Positions 1 to 12,000 of a stretch of 35,200 nt of DNA are shown here, piece after piece. Below the pieces are notes generated by a model. The model was not told the DNA's origin. It was given only the letters and a program-made list of their open reading frames with translations, and did no database searches. The DNA is from Candidatus Lindowbacteria bacterium RIFCSPLOWO2_12_FULL_62_27. Its GTDB lineage: Bacteria; Lindowbacteria; 2-12-FULL-62-27. The stretch is taken from the NCBI GenBank assembly GCA_001784175.1, contig MFPR01000022.1:1-35200 (forward strand), given 5' to 3'. Each line of letters opens with the position of its first letter. Within the stretch, counting starts at the first letter, position 1. Made by a program: the position numbers and the translations under genes.

Positions 1-3000
1 CCCAGCCCGCGCCCAGCGCCGCCGGCGCTTTCGACGCCGGCACCCGCCGCCGGTCCGTGTACACCACCGTCCGCGCGTCGTCCGTGTCGCCCGGGCGGGT
101 CGACACCAGGATCACGTACATGCCGTCGCCCGCCGTCAGCGGGATTGATTGCGTGAGACCGCCGGAATCGGTCGTCGTGCCCGAGGGGTTGGCGACTTCG
201 GTGCCCTCATACTCAACCTTGAAATTCACGATCGCGTTCGGCACTCCTTCGCCGGACGAATCCTTGACGGTGACCTGAAACGCCGCCGACCCGCCGCTCG
301 GGACCATCTGGTGCGCGCCGCTGTCGATGATGGCCGAATCGCCGCCGACGCCGGCCGCGACCATCGTCGCGGTCATGGTCCGCAGATCGCCGGACGGTGT
401 GTCGATGTAGGTCACGCGGATCTGGTCGGACGCGCGCACCAGGAGCTTGCCGCTGTTGGGTGTGTCCGACGCCATTGTCGTCATCATGATCTTGCCGGAA
501 AAGACCGGCGAGTCCACGCTGATCTCCGTACACGTCACCGTTTCCGTTTCCGTGCCCAGCGTCAGGTTCACGATCGTCACCGTACAGGTCTGGACCACGC
601 CCGGGTCCGTGTTCGGGTCCGAGTCGTTCACTTCCACCGACACGCTGTCGCCCGCGCGCACCTTGATGTACGCCGCCGTCGCGCCCGTGTCGCTGACAAA
701 CCGCACGCCGCCTGACCCGCCGAAGATCGGGTTCACTTTGGAGACGTCCGACATGAACCCCTCCAGATTCGCGCCGTTGAACGTGCTCGAGTCGAACGCC
801 AGCACGCGGTAATAGTAGACGCTGCCCGGGACGAGGTCGGTGTCGATCAAAAACGTGTCGCCCGCCGCCGTATCAGGCAGGGGCGCGAGGAGCCGCCAGT
901 TCGAGGTGTCGTACAGGTTTCTCAAACGGAATACGCGGTATCCGGCGATTTCCGGGGCGCTGCCGTCCTCCTCCTGCGAGGGAGGCGACCACCGGATGAG
1001 GTTGCGGTTCGGCACGTTGTTCTCGATCACCACGCCGGTCGGCTTCCTCGACGCGCTCGAATCGCCGCTCGCGCGCGTGTCGACGGGGGCGAACCGGAAA
1101 GATTGCGCGACAAATCCGCTGCTGCGACTTTTCCTTTTGATCTCCTCTGAATCGGTTGTTCCAAAATAATTATAGTTGGCGGTGGGGAAGCCGCTGACGA
1201 ATACGAAGGAGTCGGAAATATTGTAAAGGTTGTTCCACTGAATCTCTCCGGTACTGAGCCCCCCGCTGATAGCGGTGTCGGCGTTGGAAATATCGTTGGC
1301 ATGGATGGTGTGGCCAAACCCCGGAGCTGATACCGCCAACCGGACGTTACGGATATTGTTTCGGACAATGCTGCCCGAGTTGCCGTTCAGATAAATCCCC
1401 CGCCAGGCCCCCCGAACGATGTTGTCCGCGATCAATATTCCGTTGGCGGACGACGACACCTGCCAGACCACGGTCGCCGCGCTCGTGCCGGTCACGTTTT
1501 CGGCGTAGCAGTTCCGAATCATTGCGTTGGCGCCGTCCACTTGGACGACCGCTTGGGAGAAATTGACGGCCGTGCAGTGCTCAACCGTGATGTTCGCGGC
1601 GCCGGATTTGCCGAACAATCCGTAGGCGGCGTTCCGGACGGTCACGTTGCGGATGATGAGCGGCTGGCCGGCGTTGGATTGGTTCGCCACGAGGATCTTG
1701 ACACCGGTCGACGAATCCCGGCCGTCCACCACGAATCCTTCGATCCGCGCACTGCTGTCCACCGTGAACATCGCGCCCGTCAGGCCCGACGTCTCGCCGC
1801 TCCACGTCACGGTCGGGAACGTGTCCCCGCCGCCGCCGTTGTCGGTTCCGAACAGAGCCTTGCGCGAGATGAGGGTGAGACCGCTGTCGATCGAATAACC
1901 GGTGTCGGAAATGGAATAGCTGTCACGCATGGATTTGAACACGATGATGGTGTCGAATCCGTTCGACGGGTCGAGCGCGGACAGCGCGGAATCGAGCGAC
2001 GGGAACGCCGCGATCGGGCTGTCCGCACTAGGCTGCGTGGCCTGGCCCGAGTCGCTCAGATAGACGGTCATCGATCCGAGATCGCAGAACGAGCCGCCGG
2101 GCGTCGCCTGGAAGCTGTCGGTGAAATAACTTTCGTTCGGGAAGGGCGTTGCGGCGTCAAAGGCGGTCAGGCGGTAGAAATACGTGACGCCGTTGGTCAC
2201 CGCCTGGTCCACATAAGTGGTGTCGGCCGAGGGCCGCTCAGTCAAAAACGCGTTGCCTTTCCAGTCCCGCTCGGCCGGATTCGTCGTCCGGTAAATCCTG
2301 AATCCCGTATGCCCAGGCGCCGCCTCGCCCGCCTCGTTCACGGTCGGCGCGGTCCACCGGACCTTCACGGCCCCCGCGCAGATCGACGACGCCCAGAACG
2401 CGCCCGCTGTCTCGTACGGCGCAAGGCTGTCGCCGGACACGCTCGTGTCGACCGGCGCGAATCGCGGCTGGGTGTCGGCGGCGTATGCCAATCCCCCCTT
2501 GTCCAATCCATCCCACACGAGGCCAAAGAGTGTGCGTTTGGTCACGATATTGTCGTTCCAGTCGCCTTCATTCGTCGTGTCCATGTAATTTCGCCAGAAA
2601 AAGTTGGTCGCCACCTGGCCGTTGGCCAGGAATATCCCGTAACTGTCGGGCTTCAAGACATTGTTGCGAATAAACCGGTTGCCGCCCGGCGGATTGAGCG
2701 CTCCTTTGTCAATGTAGATGGCATAGCGGTCGCCATGCGACTCGTTCTGAATAAACGTGTTGGTGTCGGAATTCGCCAACACATAAAATCCGGCGGTCGT
2801 GTCGTTTTCCGCCGACAGATTGCGCGCGAGGGTGTTCTGCGTGCTCATGTCCAGCGTGAAGCCTTCGGTGTTGTACATCGCGATGTTGCCGGTCACCGCG
2901 TTGCCCGTGGCCGACGACAGATAGATGCCGCGGTAGTTGCCCATCATCGTGTTGCCGCTGATCGTGTTGTTCGAAGACCCGGTAACATAAATGCCCTGGA

Positions 3001-6000
3001 CGCCGTTGGAAATGACGCTGTTGCCGCTGATGGTGTTGCCCGCGGCGTTGACCGAGATGCCGATCGTCCCGTTGGCCCTCACGGTATTGCCGCTGACCGT
3101 GTTGCCGGATGAAACGATCCTGATCCCGTTACCGGTGTTAGAGTCGACCACACAATTGCTGACCGTGTTGGTGTCAGAGCCCGCGCCAAGATAGACGCCG
3201 ATGCTGCCGTTGCCGCTGATGCTGTCGCCGCTCACGATCGAATTCGTGACGGCGTCCAGAAATACTCCGTGATACCCGCCCGTCACGCCGATGTTTCTGA
3301 TCACCATGCCGGTTTGCGTGTCCGCGTATATGCCGTAGAGTCCGGCCGTCGAGATCGCCCCTGGCGGGTCGATGACGCTGCGGTTCGAATCCACGCCCTC
3401 GATACAGATATAGTCGGTATCGATCACGACGGTCTCCGCGTACGTGTTGCGGTCGATCAGGACCGTGTCGAATTGCTGGGTGTCGGCCGGAATTGCCTGG
3501 AGGGCGCGGGTGATGGTCTTGAACGGATAGTTCGGATGCCCCGTGAACGTGTCGGCGCCGGTGTCCTTGTCGACGTACCACACCGGACCGCCCCAGTAGG
3601 GGACGGCGACGACCGCGACTTTCGTGTCCGTGAAAAACGACTGATTGACGACCGTGGACGCATCGAAGCTCGTCAGCTTGTAATAATAGGTGTTGCCGAT
3701 GGCGACGTTCGTGTCCGTCCAGGTCGTGTCCGACGCGCCGGTGGTCTTGACAAGGAGAACGGAGTTGGCCCATTGGGTCGTGTCGACCGCGTTGAGAAGC
3801 CGGTATATTTTAGCGCCGGCGAATCCGCTCAGGCTCTGCGTGTCCTCGTCCGCCGTCGGAATCGCCCACGTCAGCGTCACCGACACGCCGCTCGAGGTGT
3901 CCACCGTCACGTTCTGCGGCTCCAGCGGCGCGCGGGTGTCCGCGCCGGCGGCGGTGTCGACGACGCCCAAGCGGTAGGGCCGGAAGGTCGACGCGGTGTC
4001 GACGAACTTCGCCGAGATCGTCACCTCGTCCGTCGTGCCGAACCAGTTGCGTTTCATCGTCTGCGTCAATCCCGCCTTGTTCAGCACGCTGCTCACGGCG
4101 TTGCCGGTGAGGTTGTTGTGGGCAAGGATGTTGTTGAAGGCCGCGCCGTTGATGAGGACGCCGGTGTCGTTGCCGGAGATGTCGTTCAGCCGGACGCCGT
4201 TGGTGTCGGAGGCGTCGATGTAAAGGCCGGCCTGGACGTTGGATTTGATCGCGTTGTTCCAAAACGTGTTGAGGTTGCTGGCGCTTGAAATCCAGACGCC
4301 GTATTCCCTGTTGCCGGTGATGACGGAGTTCCGGACGACGTTGTTTTTCGACCCGCCGGTCAGCAGGAAGCCGTCAAACACATTGGAGGTAGCGGCGTTG
4401 CCGGTGAGGGTGTTGCCGTTGGCGGCGGAAAGTTCAATACCGGCGCTGAAGTTTCCGGAGGCCGCGTTGTTCTGAAGGGTATTGCCGTGACTGCCGTCCA
4501 CCACGATGCCGGTCAGGCCGTTCGAGTCGGCCGCGCAGCCCGTGACGGTGTTGGTGTCGGCGCCGTTAAGAAGATAAATGCCGTTGTTTCCGTTATCGCT
4601 CGCGCTGTCGCCGGATAGGGTCGAAAGATCGACGTTGCTGAACTTGATCCCGTCATACGCGCCGCGCACGGCGACGTTGCGGATGGTGACGCCGCTCCGG
4701 CCGGAGGCGTAAATGCCGTAGAGATCGGGCTGCGTTCTGGGACCCGGCGGATCGATCACGGTCGAGGCGGAGTCCTTGCCGATCAGATACAGATAGTCGA
4801 TATTGATGCTCGCGACGGCGGTTTCGGTCGCCGTGGGATTGACGTGCGAGTCGTACAGCCCGGCGTCGACAAACACGCTGTCGCCGGAAGTCGAGAACTG
4901 CAGGGCGCGCGAGATCGTCCGGAGCGGTTTGCTCGCCGTGCCCTCGCCCGCCGACGTGTCCGACCCGGCCGCGTAGGTGAAACTGTCGCCGGAGGTCGAG
5001 CCGTCGTTCACGAACCAGCTCACGCGGCTCGAATGCACCGCGCTGTCGCCGGGCTGGGAGTCGGAGTAAAAGCTTTCGTTCTTGAGCGGCGCGGCGGTGT
5101 CGTAGGCCGTGACACGGTAGTAATACGCGCGCCCCAGAACCACGTTCGTGTCCTGAAACCGCGTCGTTGTGCTGATCGCCAGCGATATCCAGGACGACGT
5201 GTCTCTGATTCCGCTCCGGTAAATCCCGTACGCCAGCACGCCCGGAGACCCGCCCATACCCTCTTCATTGGTGTTCACCGCGCTCCATTCCAGCACGATC
5301 GACGTGTCGTTTGAGATGATCGCCACTGTGTCCGGAGATTCCGGCGCGGTCGTGTCGGCGCCGGCGGCGGTGTCGACCATGCCGAGACGGTAGGGTTGAT
5401 ACTGGATCCCGTTGGTGGCCGACGTATCGTAAATCCGGCGCTGAATGGTGACCGAGTCGGCCGATCCCCACCAGTTGCGGGTGAAATCGAACGCGAAGCT
5501 CGTGACATTCTTGACGCCCGAATCGGGCCGGGCGTCCGAGCCGCGGAGATTGTTTTTGGCGAAGAGATTCGAACGCGAGTTTCCCGTGAGGGACAAGGCC
5601 CAACCACCGTTCGAATCCACCTGATTCTGAATCATCCGGTTGGATTGCGCCCCAACGAAACGCGCGCCGTCCAGCGTGTTGCTGAAACTGAGATTGCCCG
5701 TCAGGATGTTGCTGTCCGAACTGCTCACGTCGAATCCGTACTGCGAATTTTTGATGACGGTATTGCCGCTGAACACGTTGCGGTCGCTGCCGGAGGTCAG
5801 CCGGAAGCCGCTCAAGGCGTTGTTCGAGACGGAATTGTTTAGAAAGGCGCACGTGTCGGCTGAGGACAGAAAGAATCCGTTCGCGTTGGACATGCTGGTG
5901 TTGTTGGACAGCGTATCGCTGTTCGATCCGTCCACGTCGAATCCGCCGGCGCTGTTGGACGTGGCGGTGTTGCCGGTAATGACGTTGCCGTTGCTGGAAC

Positions 6001-9000
6001 CGTTCAGCCGGATGCCGTCATTGGAATTGCCGGTCACGGTGTTGCCGCTCAACGTGTTGAAACTGGAAGATGTCAGCGTGATTCCGTCGCCAGGCGTGTT
6101 GGAGGCGGCGGTGTTGGCGGAAAGAACGTTTGAATTCGACTGGGTCAGAACAATACCGTTGCCGTTGGATGCCGCGTAATTTCCGGAGATCGTGTTCCCG
6201 GCCGACGCGCTCAGTGAGATGCCGGTTCCCTGGTTGCTTTGGACGGTGTTGGACGAGAGGACATTCGTGTCCGAGCCGTTTTTAAGAATCATCCCCGCGC
6301 CGTCGGGGTAGGGGTCCCCGCCGAGCGTGGTCAACTCCACAGTGACGTTCTCGATGCGCGAGTTCGTGACGCCCGACCACTCGATGCCGATCAGACAAAT
6401 TTGGACCCGCAGGTTCCGGATCAAGAGTCCCGTCTGCGTGTCGGCCTGAATGCCCCTCATACTGTCGCTCGCAAGATCGTCGTTGGGATTGATCACGGTT
6501 GCGCTCGAATCCTTGCCGATGAGACTCACCCGGTCGGTGTCGATCGTCAGCGTTTCGTTGTAGGTTCCGGAGTCGATGTAAATCGTGTCGCCGGCCGACA
6601 CGAATTTCAGCGCGCGGCTGATTCTGAGGAACGGGCTCGACCTCTGCAAGCCCGTGTTCGTGTCGGCGCCGGCGGCGGTCGTGTAGGAGTCGCCGATGGT
6701 GAAGCTGTCGTTGACGTACCAGACGTTCGGCAGGGTCGTGTCGAGGCTGGGGACGACGCTCAAGGTGTCGGTGAAGACAGACTCGTTGAAGAATCCTCCG
6801 GTCAAGGTTTCGGATGCGGAGACGCGGTAGTAATAGGTGAGGCCGTCGGTCACGGCGAGGTCCACGTAATTCGTCTGGCCCGACGCCACGCTCGCCCGAA
6901 ACGCGTTTCTCCAGTCGCTCGTGTCCGGCGTCGAGATCAGGCGATAGATGCGGTACTCGCCGAACGCGTCCGGCGTGCCGCCGTCCTCATCGAAGTCCGG
7001 CGTGTCCCACGAGACCGTGACCTGGCCGCCCGTGCCGCTGACGCCGTTCAGCGCGAACGTGTCGGGCTTGCCGGGCGCGGTGGTGTCGGACTCGTCGGCG
7101 CTGGTATCCGGAGGCGTGGTGAGGTGCGGGAAAATCTTCACGGATCCGTCGGCAGCCATTTTCGACAGGATCGCGTTCATGTCGCGGATGCCCCACCAGT
7201 TGCGGCGCGCGTCGAAGTTCGGCGAGGAGCCCATGTCCAGCAGCGTCGAGCCGATGTTGACGAGACTGTTTTTGGCGAACGTATCGGCGCCCGCGCCCAA
7301 TAGCCAGACGCCGGTGTCGGAATTATAAATCTGGTTGTGGTAAATGTGGTTCTGTCCGCCCGTCGAGACGAATTCTGTCGCCATGTTGGCGTCGCGCACG
7401 ATGTTGTCGCGGACGACGTTGCGGGCGGTGGAAGTCTTGAGCTTGATCCCGTGGCCGTGGCCGGTCGGGTGCTTCTGCCGCTCGACGGTGTTTCTGTAGA
7501 TGAGGTTGTTCTGGCTTCCGTTATCGAAGTGGATGCCGTCGCGGACGATGTCCGCAATGTGATTGTATTTCACCGTCGTGTAATGCGCGCTGTCGCCGAC
7601 AATACCGTTGTAAACGTTCCGGATCTCCATATTCCGCACGAATGCGCCGGAACAGGAATTCGGCAGAAACACGCCGTTATGTTCCAGCGCGTTCGCCAGT
7701 ACGCCTGCGACGCTCGTGCGGGTCGAGTCGATGCCGTCGAGGAACAGGCCCTCGACGATCGTGTTGGTCCACACCTTGAGAATCGTTCCCGTATCGAAGG
7801 CGACGCGCGGCAGAGTGTCGAATACCGGATCGGTCCCGATGATTCGCTTCACCGCGATGATCTTCACGCCCGTGTCGTTCGTCAGGTCCAGTTGCTGGAA
7901 ATAGGAATCGCCGCCGGGCCGGGCGAAAACCACGATCGTGTCCCAGCCGTTGTCCGGGCGGACCGCCGACAGCGCCTCGTTGATGTTGCGGAAGGCCTTC
8001 GTCGTGTCGTACGCGCCGGGGTTGGTCGAATCGCCGAAGGACGAGACGTACACAAGCGCCGCGCCGGTGTCGAACCAGGCCGGCGTCACCGATTTCGTGT
8101 CGGTGAAGAAACTTTCGTTCTCAAACGGGGTGAGGCCGTCCAGGGCGCTGAGCCGGTAGTAGTACTTCGTGCCGTTGGTCAGGCCCGTATCGACAAATGA
8201 ATTCTTTCCGGCCGGCACATCCTTGATCAGCGCGGAATCCCAGTGGGTCGTATCCGGAACGGCCAGCCGGAAAATGCCGACGCTCGTGAACCCCGACAGC
8301 GACGCCGAATCCTCATCCTGCGTCGGCGTGTCCCACGTGATGAGCGCGGTCTCGCTGCCAGCGTGGATCACGATCGACGTGTCGAACACGTAGGGCGCGC
8401 GGGTGTCGGCGCCGGCCGCGGTGTCGACCGGGGCGAGGCGGTAGGGCTTGAAGGCCGACGCGGTGTCGTAGAATTTCGCCGAGATCAGGGTCTCCTGCGT
8501 CGTGCCCCACCAGTTGCGGTTGAAGGTCTGAGCGGCGGAGGCCGGGCTGAATACGTTGTAGACGGTGTTGTTGGCCACGTTGTTCCGGGTGAAGACGTTT
8601 CCGGCGCCGGAATTCTGGATCCAGATGCCGGTGTCGTTCGACCGGAATTCGTTCTGGTAGACAATGTTCGAGTTGGACGCCACCAGGCCGAATCCGGACT
8701 GGGTGTTGGAATCCGAGAGGTTGTTGCGGACGAGGTTCCCGTGGGAATTGATTTCGATATAAATTCCGTGCTTGTTGCGGCGGGCGATGTTCCGGGTGAT
8801 GACGTTATTGCGGGAACTGGAATTCAAATGAATCCCCTGGGAATTTTCCTCGGCGATGTTGTTGTCGATCGTGTTGTTGAAACAGTTGGTCACCATGTAC
8901 AGGCCCTGGTTGAGGTTCGAGATCAGAAGGTTGTTGGAGATCGTATTGGAGTCACAGCCGTTCTGGAGATAAATGCCGCGGCCGACGTGGTCGCTGAGGC

Positions 9001-12000
9001 TGTCGCCGGTGATCGTGGAGGCGGTGACATTGAAAAAGCGTATCCCCTCGGTGGCGCCGGTGACGCCGAGATTCTTGATGAGAAGCCCCGTCTGCGTATC
9101 CGCATAGATGCCGTTGCCCGACGCGGGATCGATCACCGTCGCGTTGGAGTCCTTGCCGATCAGGCTGACGGAATCGACGTCGATGACGACCGTCTCGGCA
9201 TAGACGCCGCGGTCGATGAAAATCGTGTCGCCCGGCGTCACGAATTGAAGCGCCTTCGTGATCGTCCGCAGGGGCTGCTGCTTCGTTCCCTTCCCGCTCG
9301 CGTCCGATCCCGCCGCCGCGGCCCAGGAGTCGCCCGAGGTCGAATCGTCGTTGACATAGATTTCGACGGCCGCGCTCAGGACCGCGCTGTCGGAGGGCTG
9401 GGAGTCCGAAAAGAACGACTCGTTCTCGAACGGCGATGCCGTGTCAAACGCCGTCACCCGGTAATAGTACTTGCGGCCCAGCACGACATCCGTATCCTGA
9501 TACCGGATGCCGGTCGCCTGACCCACCTTCATCCACGACGACGTGTCTTTCACCTCGCTGCGGTAGACCCGGTAGCCCGACAGCGCGACGTTGCCGCCGT
9601 TGACCTCCTCCAACGCCGCCACCGCGCTCCACTCGAGGATGATCGACGTGTCGGACGGCGCGCTGAGGATCGCCACCGTGTCCGGCGCCTTGGGCGCGGT
9701 CGTGTCGGCGCCGGCGGCGGTGTCGACGGCGCCGAGGCGGTAGGGCTGCCAGGCCGAAGCGGTGTCGCCGAGTTTGGCCTTGATCGTCACCGAATCGGCG
9801 GAGCCGAACCAGTTGCGGCGCAGGGTCTGGGCGACGTCGGTCTGGTTGTAAATATTCTTGACGTTGTTGTTCGCGATATTGTTTTTGGCGATCAGGTTGT
9901 TCGTCGCGGCGTCCGATATCCAGATGCCGGAATCGTTGGCGGCGATGTCGTTCTGCAAGACCACGATCGACTCGGCGTTCTCCAGCCGGAGGCCGGCCTG
10001 GGTGTTGGACCGGATGAGATTGTTGCTGACCGTCAGGTCGGTGCTCGCCGAAATATACACGCCGAACTGCCCGTTCGACCGGGCGATGTTGCCGGTGATG
10101 AGAAGTCCGGTGTCCCCGCCGGTAGCGTCAATGCCGCTGGCGAGGTTCGATTGAACGGTGTTGCCCTGGATGAGGATGGAGACGCCGGCGTTGATGAAGA
10201 TGCCGTCCTGGGTGTTCAAGTTGGCGGTGTTGTTGAGGATCGTGTCGAGCGCCGATCCGTCCACGAGAATGCCGCCGACGGAGGAGTTCGCGTTGGCCGA
10301 GTTGTTGCTGACGGTGTTCAGGTTGGACCCCATGTGGAGATAAATGCCGTTGACGTTCGAATCGGCGATGTTGTTCGTGATCATGTTGTTGTGGCTGGTT
10401 TGGAGGTAGATGGCGGTGGAGTTCGAGTCCATGGTGTTCCCGCTGATGGTGTTGGAGTCCGCCGGATTCAGATGAACGCCGTGGGTGGCATTCTGACGCG
10501 CGCCATTATTGCTGACGGTGTTCCCGGCGGAGTTCCCGGACAGCAGAATCCCGGCGGCGCCGTTCAGATTCACGCTGTTGTTGCTGATCGCGCACCCGGC
10601 GCCGGCCTCGATCTCCAAGCCGTCGCTGGTGTTCGACCAGACCGCGTTGCCGGTGAGGGTGTTCGTGTCGGACCCATTGATCAGATAGACGCCGCGGTTG
10701 CCGTTCGAGCTGAAACTGTCGCCGCTCAAGGTGGCCCGGTCGACGTTGATGAAATAGAGGCCGCGGTTGGCGCCGGTCACGCCAAGCGTCTTGATCAACA
10801 GCCCGGTCTGGGTGTCGGCGTAAATGCCGTAGAGGCCGCTGACCGTCTTCGCCCCCGGCGGGTCAATCACGGTCGACGCCGAGTCTTTGCCCACGAGCGT
10901 GATCGAGTCCTTGTCGATGTTGACGCCCGCCGTCTCGGCGCCGTTGACGGTCACGTACGAGTCATACAATCCAGCGTCAATCCAAATCGTGTCCCCCGCC
11001 GTCGCAAACCGCATCGACATCGGGATCGTCCGGAACGGTTTGGCCGCCGTGCCCAGCCCCCACGAGGTGTCGCTCCCCGTCCCGCTTGTGTACACATCGC
11101 CCGTTACGCTCGTGTCGTTCACGTACCAGTTCACCTGCGAAGCGAACATCGCCGTATCCCCCGGCTGAGAGTCGCTGTAGAAACTCTCGTTCACCGTCGT
11201 CGATGTGTCATACGACGTCACGCGGTAGTAGTACGTCAGCCCAAGCACGACATCCGTGTCCTGATACCTGATCCCGCTCGTCACCTGCGCCACCTGTATC
11301 CACGACGACGTGTCTTTCGTCCGACTGCGGTAGACCTTGTACCCGCCAAGCGCGATGTTGCCGCCGTTCGACTCCTCAAGCGCCCCGACAGCCGCCCACT
11401 CGAGGATGACGGACGTGTCGCTCGGCAAGCCGCCAATCACCGCCACCGAATCCGGCGCGCGCGGCGACGTCGTGTCCGCGCCCGAGGTCGTGTCCACCGC
11501 GCCGAGCCGGAACGGTATGTAAGAATCAACCGATGAGGTAAACTTTGCCTTGATGGCAGCCGAATCCGTCGTGCCATACCAATTGCGGAGAGCATTTTGA
11601 TTGTTGCCGGTGTTGTTGTCGACAAATGCCCTGGCGCTTGAGATGATATTATTCTTCGTAACCTCATTTCCCCGGATGGTTCCGCCTCCCGTGATATAAA
11701 CGCCGGTATCCCCTCCCACGATTTCATTGGCATAAACAACATTGCTGTCTCCCACCAAAGCCACACCCGCATTGATATTCGACCTTATTTGATTGAACGA
11801 GATTGTGTTCATCGGACTGCCGTTGTTCAACACGATACCGTAACCGTTTGCATTGACGATGTTATTCGTTACGGTGTTGACCAACGGCCCGAAAATAAAC
11901 ACGATGCCGTATTCGGCGTTTGCATTCGCCGTGTTTCCGCTGATGGTGTTTTGGGTACTGTAGTATCCCAACTCGATGCCATACATCCCGTTGGAATTGC

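Noticed and set aside
8243-11536. 1097-aa plus-strand ORF, and other long plus-strand ORFs such as 1541-3112, 19097-20782 and 28082-29947
   Set aside because: Antisense shadows of high-GC minus-strand genes: Arg/Val/Gly-rich with no recognisable motifs.
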